Source: Octopus vulgaris (Eukaryota). Taken from it: DNA of 64,000 nt. Of this stretch, positions 1 through 11,410 are shown one piece after another. How positions within the stretch are numbered: the first letter of the stretch is position 1; the number at the start of each line of letters is the position of its first letter. Below the pieces are notes generated by a model. That model was not told the DNA's origin and made no database searches. It saw nothing but the letters and a program-made list of their open reading frames with translations. The stretch is from NCBI GenBank assembly GCA_951406725.2, contig OX597816.1, positions 136,958,001 through 137,022,000 on the forward strand, written 5' to 3'. Both the position numbers and the translations under genes were made by a program.

Positions 1-16
1 CACACACATATACACA

Positions 17-538
17 CCATAAATCCTCGAGTATAGTCTGCCCTTGAGTATTATATGCAAGGGATTTTTAGGGGGCTGTACCTCTAAAATATCTAAACAT
101 TGTGTATAATATGCACCACTTCTCTAACTTGAGTCATGCATAATTAAGCCAGCAGCACCTAGTCAAACAAATACTTCTGCGCATGCGTAATGTAATAATG
201 GTGATGTTCTTAACTGTTATATGGGAATGTAAATATGTTTGCAAATTGTTTTTGTTACATGTTATTCTGTGTTCTGAATACTTTTATTTTAATAAATGTT
301 GCTTACTGCAAGTTATGGATGATTCTTTTATGACTTCATTGCTTTCAGGCTTAGCTTAAGGTATTTTCACGCCCGACAGCACAAAATGTGTCTGAATAAA
401 CATTGCTGGGTAGCAAATAGAGACTCGGACATTGCTTAGAAAATATTTTTCATTTTTAGCCTCGTACATAGTAAGCACTAGAGATTTTGACCTTTAAATT
501 TTGGGAAAAAATTGCGGATTATACTCAAGAATTTACAG
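17..538. mobile_element. Tc2/pogo-like MITE
   Basis: Imperfect TIRs CCATAAATCCTCGAGTATAGTC / GGATTATACTCAAGAATTTACAG, TA at right flank, no ORF; CCGTA-like termini are typical of Tc2-group elements. Confidence 0.7.
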
Positions 539-1010
539 TATATATAATCTCTGGTGGGTTTCATCTGGGAAAAATCCTTTTATAGATTAATTGCATTAAA
601 AATTCACAATATACTTTAGAGCTAAGCACAACAGAATCACTCCAGAAGATCCTGCAAGAGCAACAGATATGTATTTTTCTTTTTTTTTTTTTTTTTTTGG
701 TTTAATAATGTCACATACTTGTGTCACTTCTAAAATGAAATGAAACCAGCCAGTCTGAAGAATATAGAGATAGTTTATATGATATATGATGGTTTGCAAA
801 GACACCATACAAACAGAACAAAAGTCAAACTATGCAATAGAAGCTGCTCTATAGTAAAATCTTTATCAATCTAATGTACTTAATGTATATATATCATTGA
901 AAAACCTTAAGCTGCAGCTTTATGCCCAGAAAAAATCCCTCTATAAATGTATAGTGTTTAAAGATCACAATATACTTCAGAGTTAGGTAAAATGCACACA
1001 CACACACACA

Positions 1011-1078
<68 letters not shown>

Positions 1079-1224
1079 TATACAGACAGGGATAGGCACC
1101 TTGAGTGTCTTCTACTATAGCCCAGGGCCAAACAAATCCATGTGAATAGATATGATAGCAGGAACTGAAAAAAAAAGCCCACCATATATATATATGTGTG
1201 TATATATGTATGTACATATCCTGA

Positions 1225-1740
1225 GGACAGCTGATACCTTGAGTATTGAGGCGATGGTACACGGGCACCGGTTGCGTTAGACTGGACACCTTATTAGAAT
1301 GGAGGATAGAAGGATTCCTAAGCAGATGCTCTATGGAGAACTTGTGAATGGAAGGAGACTCCGGCAGAAACCAAGGCTACGATTTAAGGACTGTGTCAAG
1401 TCCGCGTTAAAGGCTTTTGATATACAGGACACTGACTGGGAGAACAATGCCTGTCATTGCCACAGATGGAGGAAGCAGGTTAAGGAGGGGATCGACACTT
1501 TTGAGAGAGCACATATCCAGCATGAAGAACTTAAGCGAGCTCCGCGAAAGTGCACGGCTCGTATAGTGAATGGGAAAAGCTTGGTCTGCAACGTTTGCAG
1601 TCGTGTATGCTTGTCAAGAGCAGGGCTCATTAGCCACCAACGGAGCCGCAAATGCAAAATATAAGTTAGTCCTAGAGTGCACAATGTTCCTGAAGGTTGG
1701 CAGTGGTCTTCCTCGGTCACGAGTGGACGGCCATCATGTT
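1225..1740 (+). mobile_element. RTE-clade LINE, 3' fragment
   Basis: ORF 1299-1664 MEDRRIPKQMLYGEL...PRLRFKDCVK...CNVCSRVCLSRAGLISHQR matches the RTE/BovB-type C-terminus with terminal C2H2-like finger. Confidence 0.85.
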
Positions 1741-1792
1741 GGTAGGTAGGTACACACATAGATATACATATACATATACACACACACATATA

Positions 1793-1840
<48 letters not shown>

Positions 1841-1928
1841 AATATATACACACACATATATCTATATATCTATATATACATGTATACATATGTATGTATA
1901 TATATATGTACATATGTATATGTATGTG

Positions 1929-1963
<35 letters not shown>

Positions 1964-1980
1964 ATATATTTATATATATA

Positions 1981-2617
1981 CTAGCAGTATCGCCCGGCGT
2001 TGCTCGGGTTTGTAAGGGAAATAACTATATAAGCATTTTTAGAGAGTTATAGCAAAAAAATAGCAAAAAATGCATTAAAAATGGAAAAAATATGATGGTA
2101 AATTTTTTTAAAAATCGTTGACTCATCGTAGACATTTTTAGAGAGTTACTTCCCTTATATAATAGCGAAAAATGCATTAAAATGGAAAAAAAAACGATGG
2201 TAAATTTTTTTTTAAATCGTAGACTCATGTAGACGCTTTCTTAGCCAATTCTGTTTTGGTGTCTTCAAGCCATGAAGTCGTTGTTCTAAAAGAACACTGG
2301 TCTCATTGACAACGCATTACGACGTTGATTTCCTTACACTCCCTTCCCCACAGGTGCAGGTGTGAGCGTGGACGCCAACTCCGCCGCCATCGACACACGA
2401 AAAATTATGCATTAAAATGGAATAAAAAATGATGTTAAATTATTTTTAAAATCGTAGACTCATCGTAGACGCGCGCTAATATTCAGACGGGCTCGATATG
2501 AATCACGACTATAAGCTACCCGAATTTGGTTAAACTGCACCGCAAAATGTGGGAGTAGTTAGGAATCTAAATCGAAGGGGACAGACACTCACACAACTAC
2601 AGTTTTATATATATAGA
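1981..2617 (-). mobile_element. Non-autonomous Helitron (short form)
   Basis: Minus strand starts TC and ends CCCGAGCAACGCCGGG hairpin + CGATACTG + CTAG, inserted A|T in (TA)n; homologous to 3' parts of copies at 6415, 7972 and 41219. Confidence 0.85.
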
Positions 2618-2624
2618 TATACAT

Positions 2625-3045
2625 AGCGCAGTAGTGGTGAGATGTGACAGCAAAGAAAAGCATACATTCACTCTCTGCATGCAATTAGACTCGGAAAGTT
2701 CGTGAGGAACCCATTGACCCAATTTGCTGACTTTTCCGATAGCACACAGGTCTCAATGAATGGTTGAATGACCAAATCCAAGCTTCTCTGCTAGTTCCTC
2801 AACAGTTACGATGAGATTTTGTTCCACCAGGGTTTTCAGGATGTCCTTGTCGAGTTCTACAGATCTTTCAGGATGAGGCTCGTCTTCTAGGCTGTAGTTT
2901 ATGGCTCGGGATTTCTGGAACCACCATTGACACTGCCTTACGCTTATTGTCCAATCCCCATATACTGCATTAATATTTCTTGTACTTTGCACACATTTAT
3001 ATTCTGTTATTCTTTTATATGTTTCAGCCTTGAGGTTGTGGCCAT
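2625..3045 (-). mobile_element. mariner transposase N-terminal remnant
   Basis: ORF 2753-3139 STRNINAVYGDWTISVRQCQWWFQK...SLEDEPHPERS...TVEELAEKLGFGHSTIH resembles the mariner HTH region. Confidence 0.8.
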
Positions 3046-3297
3046 GCTGGATCATGTGTGTGTGTGTGTATGTGTCTATCTGTCTGTCTGTATGTATGTA
3101 TATATGTATATGTATGTGTGTGAACAATAATATTTTCAACAGATGTGTTGCAAATGTATCTGATTGTTCTCAAGCTTCAATACTGTGTGTGTGTGTATGT
3201 GTGTGTGTGTATGTATGTATATGTATGTATGTATGTATATGTAGGTATGTATGTATGTGTGTATGTATGTATGTGTGTGTGTATGTATGTGTGTGTA

Positions 3298-3328
<31 letters not shown>

Positions 3329-3384
3329 ATGTATGTATGAGTGTATGTTTACTTTATTACTAACACAAGCCACTACGGTTATTT

Positions 3385-3823
3385 AATGAAAGTCTTCCTC
3401 AAATCACTCTCTCTCTCTCGCTATTTACTCTCTTCCAAGAACATTTTCACTCACTCTTAGCTCTTAGCTTCCCATACATTTTACTCATGTATCTATCAGC
3501 GTCATAGACAGAATACTTTCAGTTTAGTCTTCCTCAAATCACTCTGTCGCTATTTACTTTCATTTTATTCGTTGCCCACTGTGTGTGTGCGTTTACGTGT
3601 GGTGTAAACCAGACTAAGAAAAGCATTTGACACACACACCAGAATGTGAGTTTTCTGTAAATTTTGCTTAATTGGAGTTTAAATTTTAAAAACTGGACCT
3701 GGCATGACGCGATGCATTGTACTCTTAAAAATGGTAGGTAAATTGTAATTGAAGAAATCCTATATTGTAGATTTGTATAACTCCCAAAGGGAGGCAGATA
3801 AAAGTCTGCCTTTTATAATAAGA
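3385..3823 (-). mobile_element. Helitron 5' fragment (composite family)
   Basis: Near-identical to reverse complement of 41219-41620 and to 7665-7965. Confidence 0.75.
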
Positions 3824-3849
3824 TTTATAATAAGATATATATATATATA

Positions 3850-4990
3850 AATAAAATAAATGGAGTTTAACGCAGGTGTAATTCAAATACTTTTACTTCC
3901 GACACATGTTTCGAAGATATCACTGATATTATTGCAAAGGAATAAAATGGTGTAAAACAATGTAATCTTCTCTTCAGGTAAGTGAAGAAATGAAACTTGT
4001 CAATAAGACATTTTAACAGAAAATGATGGATATGTATAGTGATTTACTGAACGCTATTAATATTGTTTGAAAAAACGTTATATGATATAACGTCAGAAGT
4101 AGCCTATAGAAAGAGGAGGGATAAATTAAGGAAAAGTTAAATAAATGAGAAATATATGACTATATGTATATTAAATAAAACCGTATAAACTAGGAAAATA
4201 TATGTTCTTTTAGTGAATGTTAAATATAAAAAGAAAATTAATGTTTAAATTATATATAATAATAGAGATTACTTATATGAACTAAAGGTGTGTTTTTGCC
4301 AATGTTTACATTGGTATGCATGCTCTATAACTGTGTTTACTAGGGGATTTTTAGAAAAAATAATGAAAAATAGTTCAGAATTACACAGAAGACAGAATTC
4401 CTTGCCTTTGTCATGAGGTATAGAGATTGAGAGAATCAACCATTCTAAATTAAATTGTTCATTGTGGTCTTTTAGATCCCAAATTAATTTATTGAGCCCT
4501 GTACTGTTACGTTTGTCCCTATCCCTAAATGTTGAGTAATGGATAGAAATTCTTTTAGATAACTGTAACGACATGCTTCCAATGTAAAATTGTACTTTAT
4601 TATGAGTAATAATTTTACACTGGTATATAGAATTTCTAATTTTAGATTTACTTGACATAAACTTAATTCTGTTGCAATTGACTTCAGATACAATAACCTT
4701 GTTATTAATATTTCTAGAGGGATGGATGGTATTAGCTAAATTAATGTTAGTATTAGTAAATGTATTAATATTTAACAGGTTGTTATTATGTGAAGAGATA
4801 ATTTGTAAGAGATTTTTTGTGTTGGAAAAACGAATCCTAACCATATGTGAGTTGATAATAGAGTAATACCTAGAATTCTTTGGAAAATTCCTAATAATAG
4901 CTTCACGAAACTGCAATGGGAGATAAGATTTAATTTCACTCTCGTATGGAATAATAAGCCAAACTGTTTTACTACTATTTATCTTATTTT
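3850..4990 (-). mobile_element. Penelope-like element 3' part (GIY-YIG endonuclease, Naiad-like) with pseudo-LTR
   Basis: ORF 4269-4916: SIYQCKI...FYIGS...KRISIHYSTF...LIWDLK...WLIL...CLLCNSE...QCKH, a GIY-YIG domain with CxxC/CxH; hammerhead motif downstream. Confidence 0.85.
3895..3984 (-). ncRNA. Type I hammerhead ribozyme motif
   Basis: Minus strand: CACTTAC-CTGAAGA-GAAGAT...ATCTTC-GAAAC-ATGT-GTC-GGAAGT; intact CUGANGA and GAAA cores, stem II, GUC triplet, imperfect stem I. Confidence 0.75.
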
Positions 4991-5049
4991 TAGTGTAATT
5001 ATTTTTGAAAGCCAGGCTCTAGATACACACACTAGGCTGTAGCTCCCCT

Positions 5050-5425
5050 CAAGCAAGACACATAGGTCTTGCAGAAAAATGGGTTTATAATGTTATAGAG
5101 GTAGTCAGAGTGTGTAATAGAGTGCTTAAGCTGAAGCTAGCTTTGCAGAATAGTACAGCAACAATTATCTTTGCCTATGTGCCCCAAGTGAGTGTACCAA
5201 ATGAACAAAAGGATCACTCTTAAGATATCTTTCTGCAGGCTACTTCAAATATAAATGACAATTATCTCATCTTCATAGCTAGTGATTTCAATGGACATGT
5301 TGGGCAGCAGCCAGGTATGTTCCATGGTGTATATAGGGGCCATGGAATTGGTTCCTGAAATGAAGAGGGAACAAGGTTACTGGAGTTCAGTGATGTGAAT
5401 AACCTATCAATTTACAACACCAACA
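5050..5425 (+). mobile_element. RTE LINE AP-endonuclease fragment
   Basis: Translates to AYVPQ...SDFNGHVGQ...HGVYRGHGIGS*NEEGTRLLEF, similar to 38731-39000. Confidence 0.75.
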
Positions 5426-5429
5426 TTAA

Positions 5430-5770
5430 TTGTTCACACATGATGATGGATGACAGGCGATTGACAATTAATCAAATATTAGTATATCCTATGACAGAGT
5501 TGAGAATATTTTGTATAATGAACTTGGCATAACAAAGGTTTCTACTTGGTGGGTGTCACGTCTTCTGACATCAGATAAAGTGTGTATTAGATTTATCACA
5601 TCTCAAGAAAATCTGACATTGTTTGGAGCAGATTCAGCTGGTTTCCTTGAATGTTTCCTAAGCCAGGATGAGTGTTGGGTTTATCAGTTTGAGCTAAAGA
5701 CGAAGAGACAATCCATGCAGTGGAAACACCCCTCCTTGCCTGCTCCAAAGAAGGTCAAGTTCATTTCATC
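5430..5770 (+). mobile_element. mariner transposase fragment
   Basis: ELGITKVSTWWVSRLLT...QDECWVYQFELKTKRQSMQWKHP: WVPR-like motif and first catalytic Asp region. Confidence 0.8.
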
Positions 5771-6031
5771 AGTATCGCCAGTCTGGGACATATATGCAAA
5801 CAGACTTCGCACTACTTGCATATATGTTGAAATATATGGCAAAATATTGATAGCTATCATTTCCGATCATCTCAAGGCAAGTTACCTCGCCTGGTCTTAG
5901 ACATTCAGTGTTCCTTAACGCTAGGCGTCATGCAGGGAGCTTTCCCAGAATAATATCCCACAGCAAATGAGCACATAAAGAAAACACATACACTATGTAA
6001 GTGTGATCAATAATATTTTATATATATATAT

Positions 6032-6315
6032 ATACATATAAGAGGGATGACCACCAAGTGGACATCCATTATGCTAGAAGTCGACCCCCTATGGTCTTAC
6101 CACTAAGAAAGGAATGTTCTCAAGAAAATTTAGTAAACGCCAGTACGTAAGCAAGCAGAGCTAATGAAAAGATGCATTTTCATTAGTCTTGCTTGCTTAT
6201 GTTCTGACGTTTGCTGAGTTTTCTTGAGAACATTCCTTTCTTAGTGGTAAGACCATAGGGGGTCGACTTCTAACATAATAGATGTCCACTTGGTGGTCAT
6301 CCCTCTTATATGTAT
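6032..6315. repeat. Long fold-back inverted repeat
   Basis: ~139 bp arms (6032-6170, 6177-6315), 6 nt loop, ~90% complementary. Confidence 0.9.
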
Positions 6316-6414
6316 GTAATATAATTTTTCTGAATCAAATTAATATTGATATTAATCAAATTAATATTCAATTTTTCACCCTTATTATTTTGAATCTATA
6401 TATTTATATATATA

Positions 6415-7965
6415 CTAGCAGTATCGCCCGGCGTTGCTCGGGTTGTAAGGGAAATAACTATATAAGCATTTTTAGAGAGTTATAGCCAAAAAATGCATTA
6501 AAAATTGAAAAAAAATTAAGGTAAATATTTTTTAAATCGTTGACACATCGTAGATATTTTTAGAGAATTACTTCCCTTATATAAAAGCGAAAAAAATGCA
6601 TTAAAATGGAAAAATATGATGGTAAATTTTTTTTAAATCGTAGACTCATCGTAGACGCACGCTAATACCCAGAAGGGCTCGATATGAATCACGACTATAA
6701 GATACCCGCTTTTGGTTAAACTGCACCGCAAAATGTGGGAGTAGTTAGGAATCGAAATCGTAGGAGACAGACACACAACTTCACTCTTATATAAAGATGC
6801 TTTTTTTTTTTCAGTCATAGAGTTAGATTTATGAAGGTCTTCAGTAGAAAATCCTTCGAATTCTGACTCGCTGCTTGATATAATGAAATTCGTATCCATT
6901 TTTTGTCAGAATTACAAATTTTGAAAACACAATAGGAACAAATTTCGGAAAAAAATCTCCCATAATTCACGGAATTAAAATTACACTTCGATTTTTGTAC
7001 AAAACTGTAGTTGAAGTGTTTACGAAGTATAATACGTGTTTTCACGAATGTACTAAAGAGATTTGCTCTGATATTCTCATTTAAATATGAATAGGTAAAT
7101 TCGGGCGGCTTGGTAACTATATATAAGTGTCGTCTGTTTATACATAAACACTGTTTCATACTGCAATTATGTATACATATATCTATATATAATATTATAT
7201 AATAAAATATATACAGAGTAAAATAAAAACCAATTTACCTTTTCTGTCCTCCGTGTGTCTTTGCAAATGTGTTGGAATGATAAGTGAGTTGTGTTTTTGC
7301 GCCTTTTTTACTAATAACAAACACACACGTGTTTGTATGTAGTTGTATGTGTATGTAGTTGTATGTAGTTGTATATGTATGTGTATGCGTGTGTGTGAGG
7401 AATGACACACACACACTCTCGCAAGCACACATGTACATCAATGCTTTCGGAGTGATATGTTAAAATATTGAGTTTTCTCGAATTTTGTCTTAATTGGGGG
7501 TGAAATTGAAAGAAATATATTATGGCATGAGCGAATGGAGTACTTTGAAAAATCTTAGGTAAATTCTAATTGAAGAAATTGTGTGAGGACTAAATGGTTA
7601 TGTATTTATTTGTTTCTGTTTGCTGTGTTTTTTTATTTTTTGAGTAGTGGTTTAATTACTTTCAGTTTAGGCTTCCTCAAATCACTCTGTCGCTATTTAC
7701 TTTCATTTTATTCGTTGCCCACTGTGTGTGTGTTTTGCGTGTGGTGTAAACCAGACTAAGAAAAGCATTTGACACACACACAAGAATGTGAGTTTTCTGT
7801 AAATTTTGCTTAATTGGAGTTTAAATTTTAAAACTGGACCTGGCATGACGCAATGCATTGTACTCTTAAAAATGCAAGGTAAATTGTAATTAAAGAAATC
7901 CTATATTGTAGATTTGTATAACTCCCAAAGGGAGGCAGATAAAATCTGCCTTTTATAATAAGAGA
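6415..7965 (-). mobile_element. Composite non-autonomous Helitron
   Basis: TCTCTTATTATAAAAGG 5' end at 7965, hairpin + CTAG 3' end at 6415; contains a deleted piggyBac-MITE piece. Confidence 0.85.
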
Positions 7966-7971
7966 TATATA

Positions 7972-10087
7972 TCTCTTATTATAAAAGGCAGATTTTATCT
8001 GCCTCCCTTTGGGAGTTATACAAATCTACAATATAGGATTTCTTCAATTACAATTTACCTAGCAATTTTAAGAGTACAATGCATCGCGTCATGCCAGGTC
8101 CAGTTTTTAAAATTTAAACTCCAATTAAGCAAAATTTACAGAAAACTCACATTCTGGTGTGTGTGTCAAATGCTTTTCTTAGTCTGGTTTACACCACACG
8201 CAAACGCACACACACAGTGTGCAATGAATAAACTGAAACTAATTCACTGTGTGTTGACAGGTAGAAAATAGAATGCGATGGCTATGGCTATGGCGATGGC
8301 TATGGCGATGGCTATGGCGATGGCGATGGCTATGGCGATGGCGATGTAATATTTGTTTCTCTCTATGACGTTCATAAAAGCATTGATGTACATGTGTGCG
8401 TGCGTGAGTGTGTGTGTGTCATTCCTCACACACACGCATACACATACATATATGAGAGTGGCAAACACAAACGTTTCAAACAACTACATACAAACACGTG
8501 TGTGTTTGTTATTAGTAAAAGAAGGCGCCAAAACACAACTCACTTATCATTCCAACACATTTGCAAAGACACACGGACGGTCGAATAACAATACACAAAA
8601 GGTAAATTGGTTTTTATTTTACTCTGTATATATTTTATTATATAATATTATATATAGATATATGTATATATAATTGCAGTATGAAACAGTGTTTATGTAT
8701 AAACAGACGACACTTATATATAGTTATTAATAAATGTATGCATCCGTTTAACCCTTTCCGTTACCAAACCGCCCGAAAAAAAATTTTGGTTAATGTGACC
8801 AAGCCGCCCGAATTTACCTATTCATATTTAAATGAGAATATCAGCGTAAATCTCTTTAGAACATTCGTGAAAACACGTATTATACTTCGTAAACAGTTCA
8901 ACTACAGTTTTGTACAAAAATCGAAGTGTAATTTTAATTCCGTGAATTATGGGAGATTTTTTTCCGAAATTTGTTCCTATTGTGTTTTCAAAATTTGTAA
9001 TTCTGACAAAAAATGGATACGAATTTCATTATATCAAGCAACGAGTCAGAATTCGAAGGATTTTCTACTGAAGACCTTCATAAATCTAACTCTATGACTG
9101 AAAAAAAAAACATGTGGTATTTGATCTCAACCGAAACAAAGCGAAAGAAACGATAGTTTGTTATTTCCCACAACCTTAAATGAAATTAAGGCCTATTTTG
9201 CCATAAATATTATTATGGGTATTAGAAAGTTCCCCAGAATAACAAATTCTATCGTAAAATTTTGTTGTATACCCAATTGAATATTAGCTAATAACCCATT
9301 TTCTATAGCGATGTTTGAACAAAATTTTAATAATTTTATATATTGTTGAATTTACCTGTATCTACCTGCAATTAGAGTCACTTTGTGACAAAAATTATAG
9401 TATAGAATTGGTTGAGAACATTTCACTAAATTATCTTCCAAAAATCAGATTAATATATTCATAAATAAAAAAGTTATAGTTGTTTAATGAAACCAGACTA
9501 AATTTATGATTACGTTAGAAATTAATTGAAACACATAAGGGGTGTATTTTGGTCAGAAATATAGTAACGAAAGGGTTAAGAAAAACCAAAAAATATTTTA
9601 TTCTTTGTAAATGTTGTGTTCAAAATAACATTTTCTTTTAAGAATGTGTATATAACAAAGTATGTGTATATAGCTACGTGGCTTATATCTTTATATATAA
9701 GAGTGAAGTTGTGTGTCTGTCTCCTACGATTTAGATTCGTAACTACTCCCACATTTTGCGGTGTAGTTTAACCAAAAGCGGGTATCTTATAGTCGTGATT
9801 CATATCGAGCCCTTCTGGGTATTAGCGCGCGTCTACGATGAGTCTACGATTTAAAAAAAATTTACCATCATATTTTTCCATTTTAATGCATATTTTTCGT
9901 TATTATATAAGGGAAGTAACTCTCTAAAAATATCTACGATGTGTCAACGATTTAAAAAAAAAAATTACCTTAATTTTTTTTTCAATTTTTAATGCATTTT
10001 TTTGCTATTTTTTGGCTATAACTCTCTAAAAATGCTTATATAGTTATTTCCCTTACAGACCCGAGCAACGCCGGGCGATACTGCTAG
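7972..10087 (+). mobile_element. Composite non-autonomous Helitron (longest copy)
   Basis: TC start 7972, CCCGAGCAACGCCGGG hairpin, CTAG end 10087, followed by T; internal second 5' end TCTTTATATATAAGAG at 9688. Confidence 0.85.
8752..9575 (+). mobile_element. piggyBac-type MITE nested in Helitron
   Basis: TTAA on both sides (8748-8751, 9576-9579); TIRs CCCTTTCCGTTAC / GTAACGAAAGGG; acidic MDTNFIISSNESEFEGFSTEDL remnant resembling a transposase N-terminus. Confidence 0.8.
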
Positions 10088-10100
10088 TATATATATATAT

Positions 10101-10144
<44 letters not shown>

Positions 10145-10150
10145 ATATAT

Positions 10151-11073
10151 TAAAAATGGGGAAGGTCAGTTTATGGAATGACCTTAGGTTTCCTGTCCAT
10201 AAAAGGTTTATCATCAGGTCCCAAAAAACCTGTTGGCTCATGACCTCTTAAAAATATGGAGGGGGAAATGCCTCACTACCCAAAGGTAAGAATTGGGGAT
10301 TATCTTCCTTTGCTCATGGCTATCAACCTCCAACTCTGCTGCCATCTTGCAGTCTCCAGAAGGCTAGAAGGAACCTTCTGAAATGTAAACATGGCCCAAA
10401 AATCTCCATTCTGGAGTTAAGGATGTTCCTAAGTGTCACCAACAACAGCAGTCCCAGCTCCAACAACAACAGTGTCAGTGGCAACAACAACAACAACACC
10501 AGGAGGTACAGCACCGACAACACATGCACACAACGATACGTTGGATGTTCCAGAAACTCTTTCAGGCAACATCTCTCCAACCACAGGTCCTCCTTCAAAG
10601 TTCCACAAAGGAGATATGTAACATCACTGGCCAGCCATATCTGGTAACTAAGAGATGATGGGATTCCATACTTGATCACATGGAAAATCCTCGAGAACCC
10701 AAGCCCCCACATTAATGGGATGAAGCATTGCAAGTTATGCATAGCTGATTGTGTGAGAATCCTAAAAAACTCACTTGAACCAGGGAATATACTTAACTCC
10801 AGAACGGAGATTTTCAAGCCATGTTTTCATTTCAGGAGTTTCCTGCTAGCCTTCTGGAGCCCGCAAGAAACCAACACAGCCAGAAGTCAATGATCAACAG
10901 CAAAGGAAGATAATCCCCAATTGTTACCTTTGAGCAGTGAGGCATTTTCCCCTCCATATTTTTAAGAGGTCATGGGCCAACAGGTTTTTGGGATCTGAAA
11001 ATATGCCATAAAGCTAAACCCTTTATGAATGGGAAACCTAAGGTCATCCCATAAACTGGCCTTCCCCATTTTT
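10151..11073 (+). mobile_element. Penelope-like element with GIY-YIG remnant and inverted 3' duplication
   Basis: RYVGCSRNSFRQHLSNHRSSF...LASHIW*LRD...WKILE...CKLCIAD...LNSRTE...CFH; 10151-10430 is an inverted copy of 10780-11073. Confidence 0.8.
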
Positions 11074-11138
11074 AGTATATACATCTTACAGTGTGCTTTT
11101 TTTCGGATTAAGAGAGTAAAAGAGAGTATATATATATA

Positions 11139-11189
<51 letters not shown>

Positions 11190-11193
<4 letters not shown>

Positions 11194-11410
11194 CAGGAAG
11201 CTTTACGAAAATAAACAAGAGACGAAGGCAGGTGGAGTACAAACAAACGATTGTATTAATATGACGCTCAGGAATAGAAATAAAACAAGTCTTTTATGTT
11301 TCGAGCCTATGCTCTTCAACAGAAAGATACACAGAAAAGAAACACGGAGAGAAACAAGGAGAGAAAAAAATGCTAACGAATCAACATGGCGGTCAGAAGT
11401 CAGCATACAA
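11190..11410 (-). mobile_element. Short repeat with variant hammerhead-like motif (probable Penelope pLTR fragment)
   Basis: Minus 11291-11326 CTTT-CTGTTGA-AGAGCATAGGCTC-GAAAC-ATA-AAAG; second copy at 61795-61925 (+). Confidence 0.55.

Noticed and set aside
8274-8346. (GC(T/G)ATG)n hexamer run encoding poly-(Ala-Ile)/(Ala-Met)
   Set aside because: Simple repeat expansion inside one Helitron copy, absent from sister copies
10640-10650. In-frame stop in the GIY-YIG remnant as possible selenocysteine recoding (reported for some Naiads)
   Set aside because: The stop is TAA, not TGA; ORF 4269-4916 has no internal TGA either
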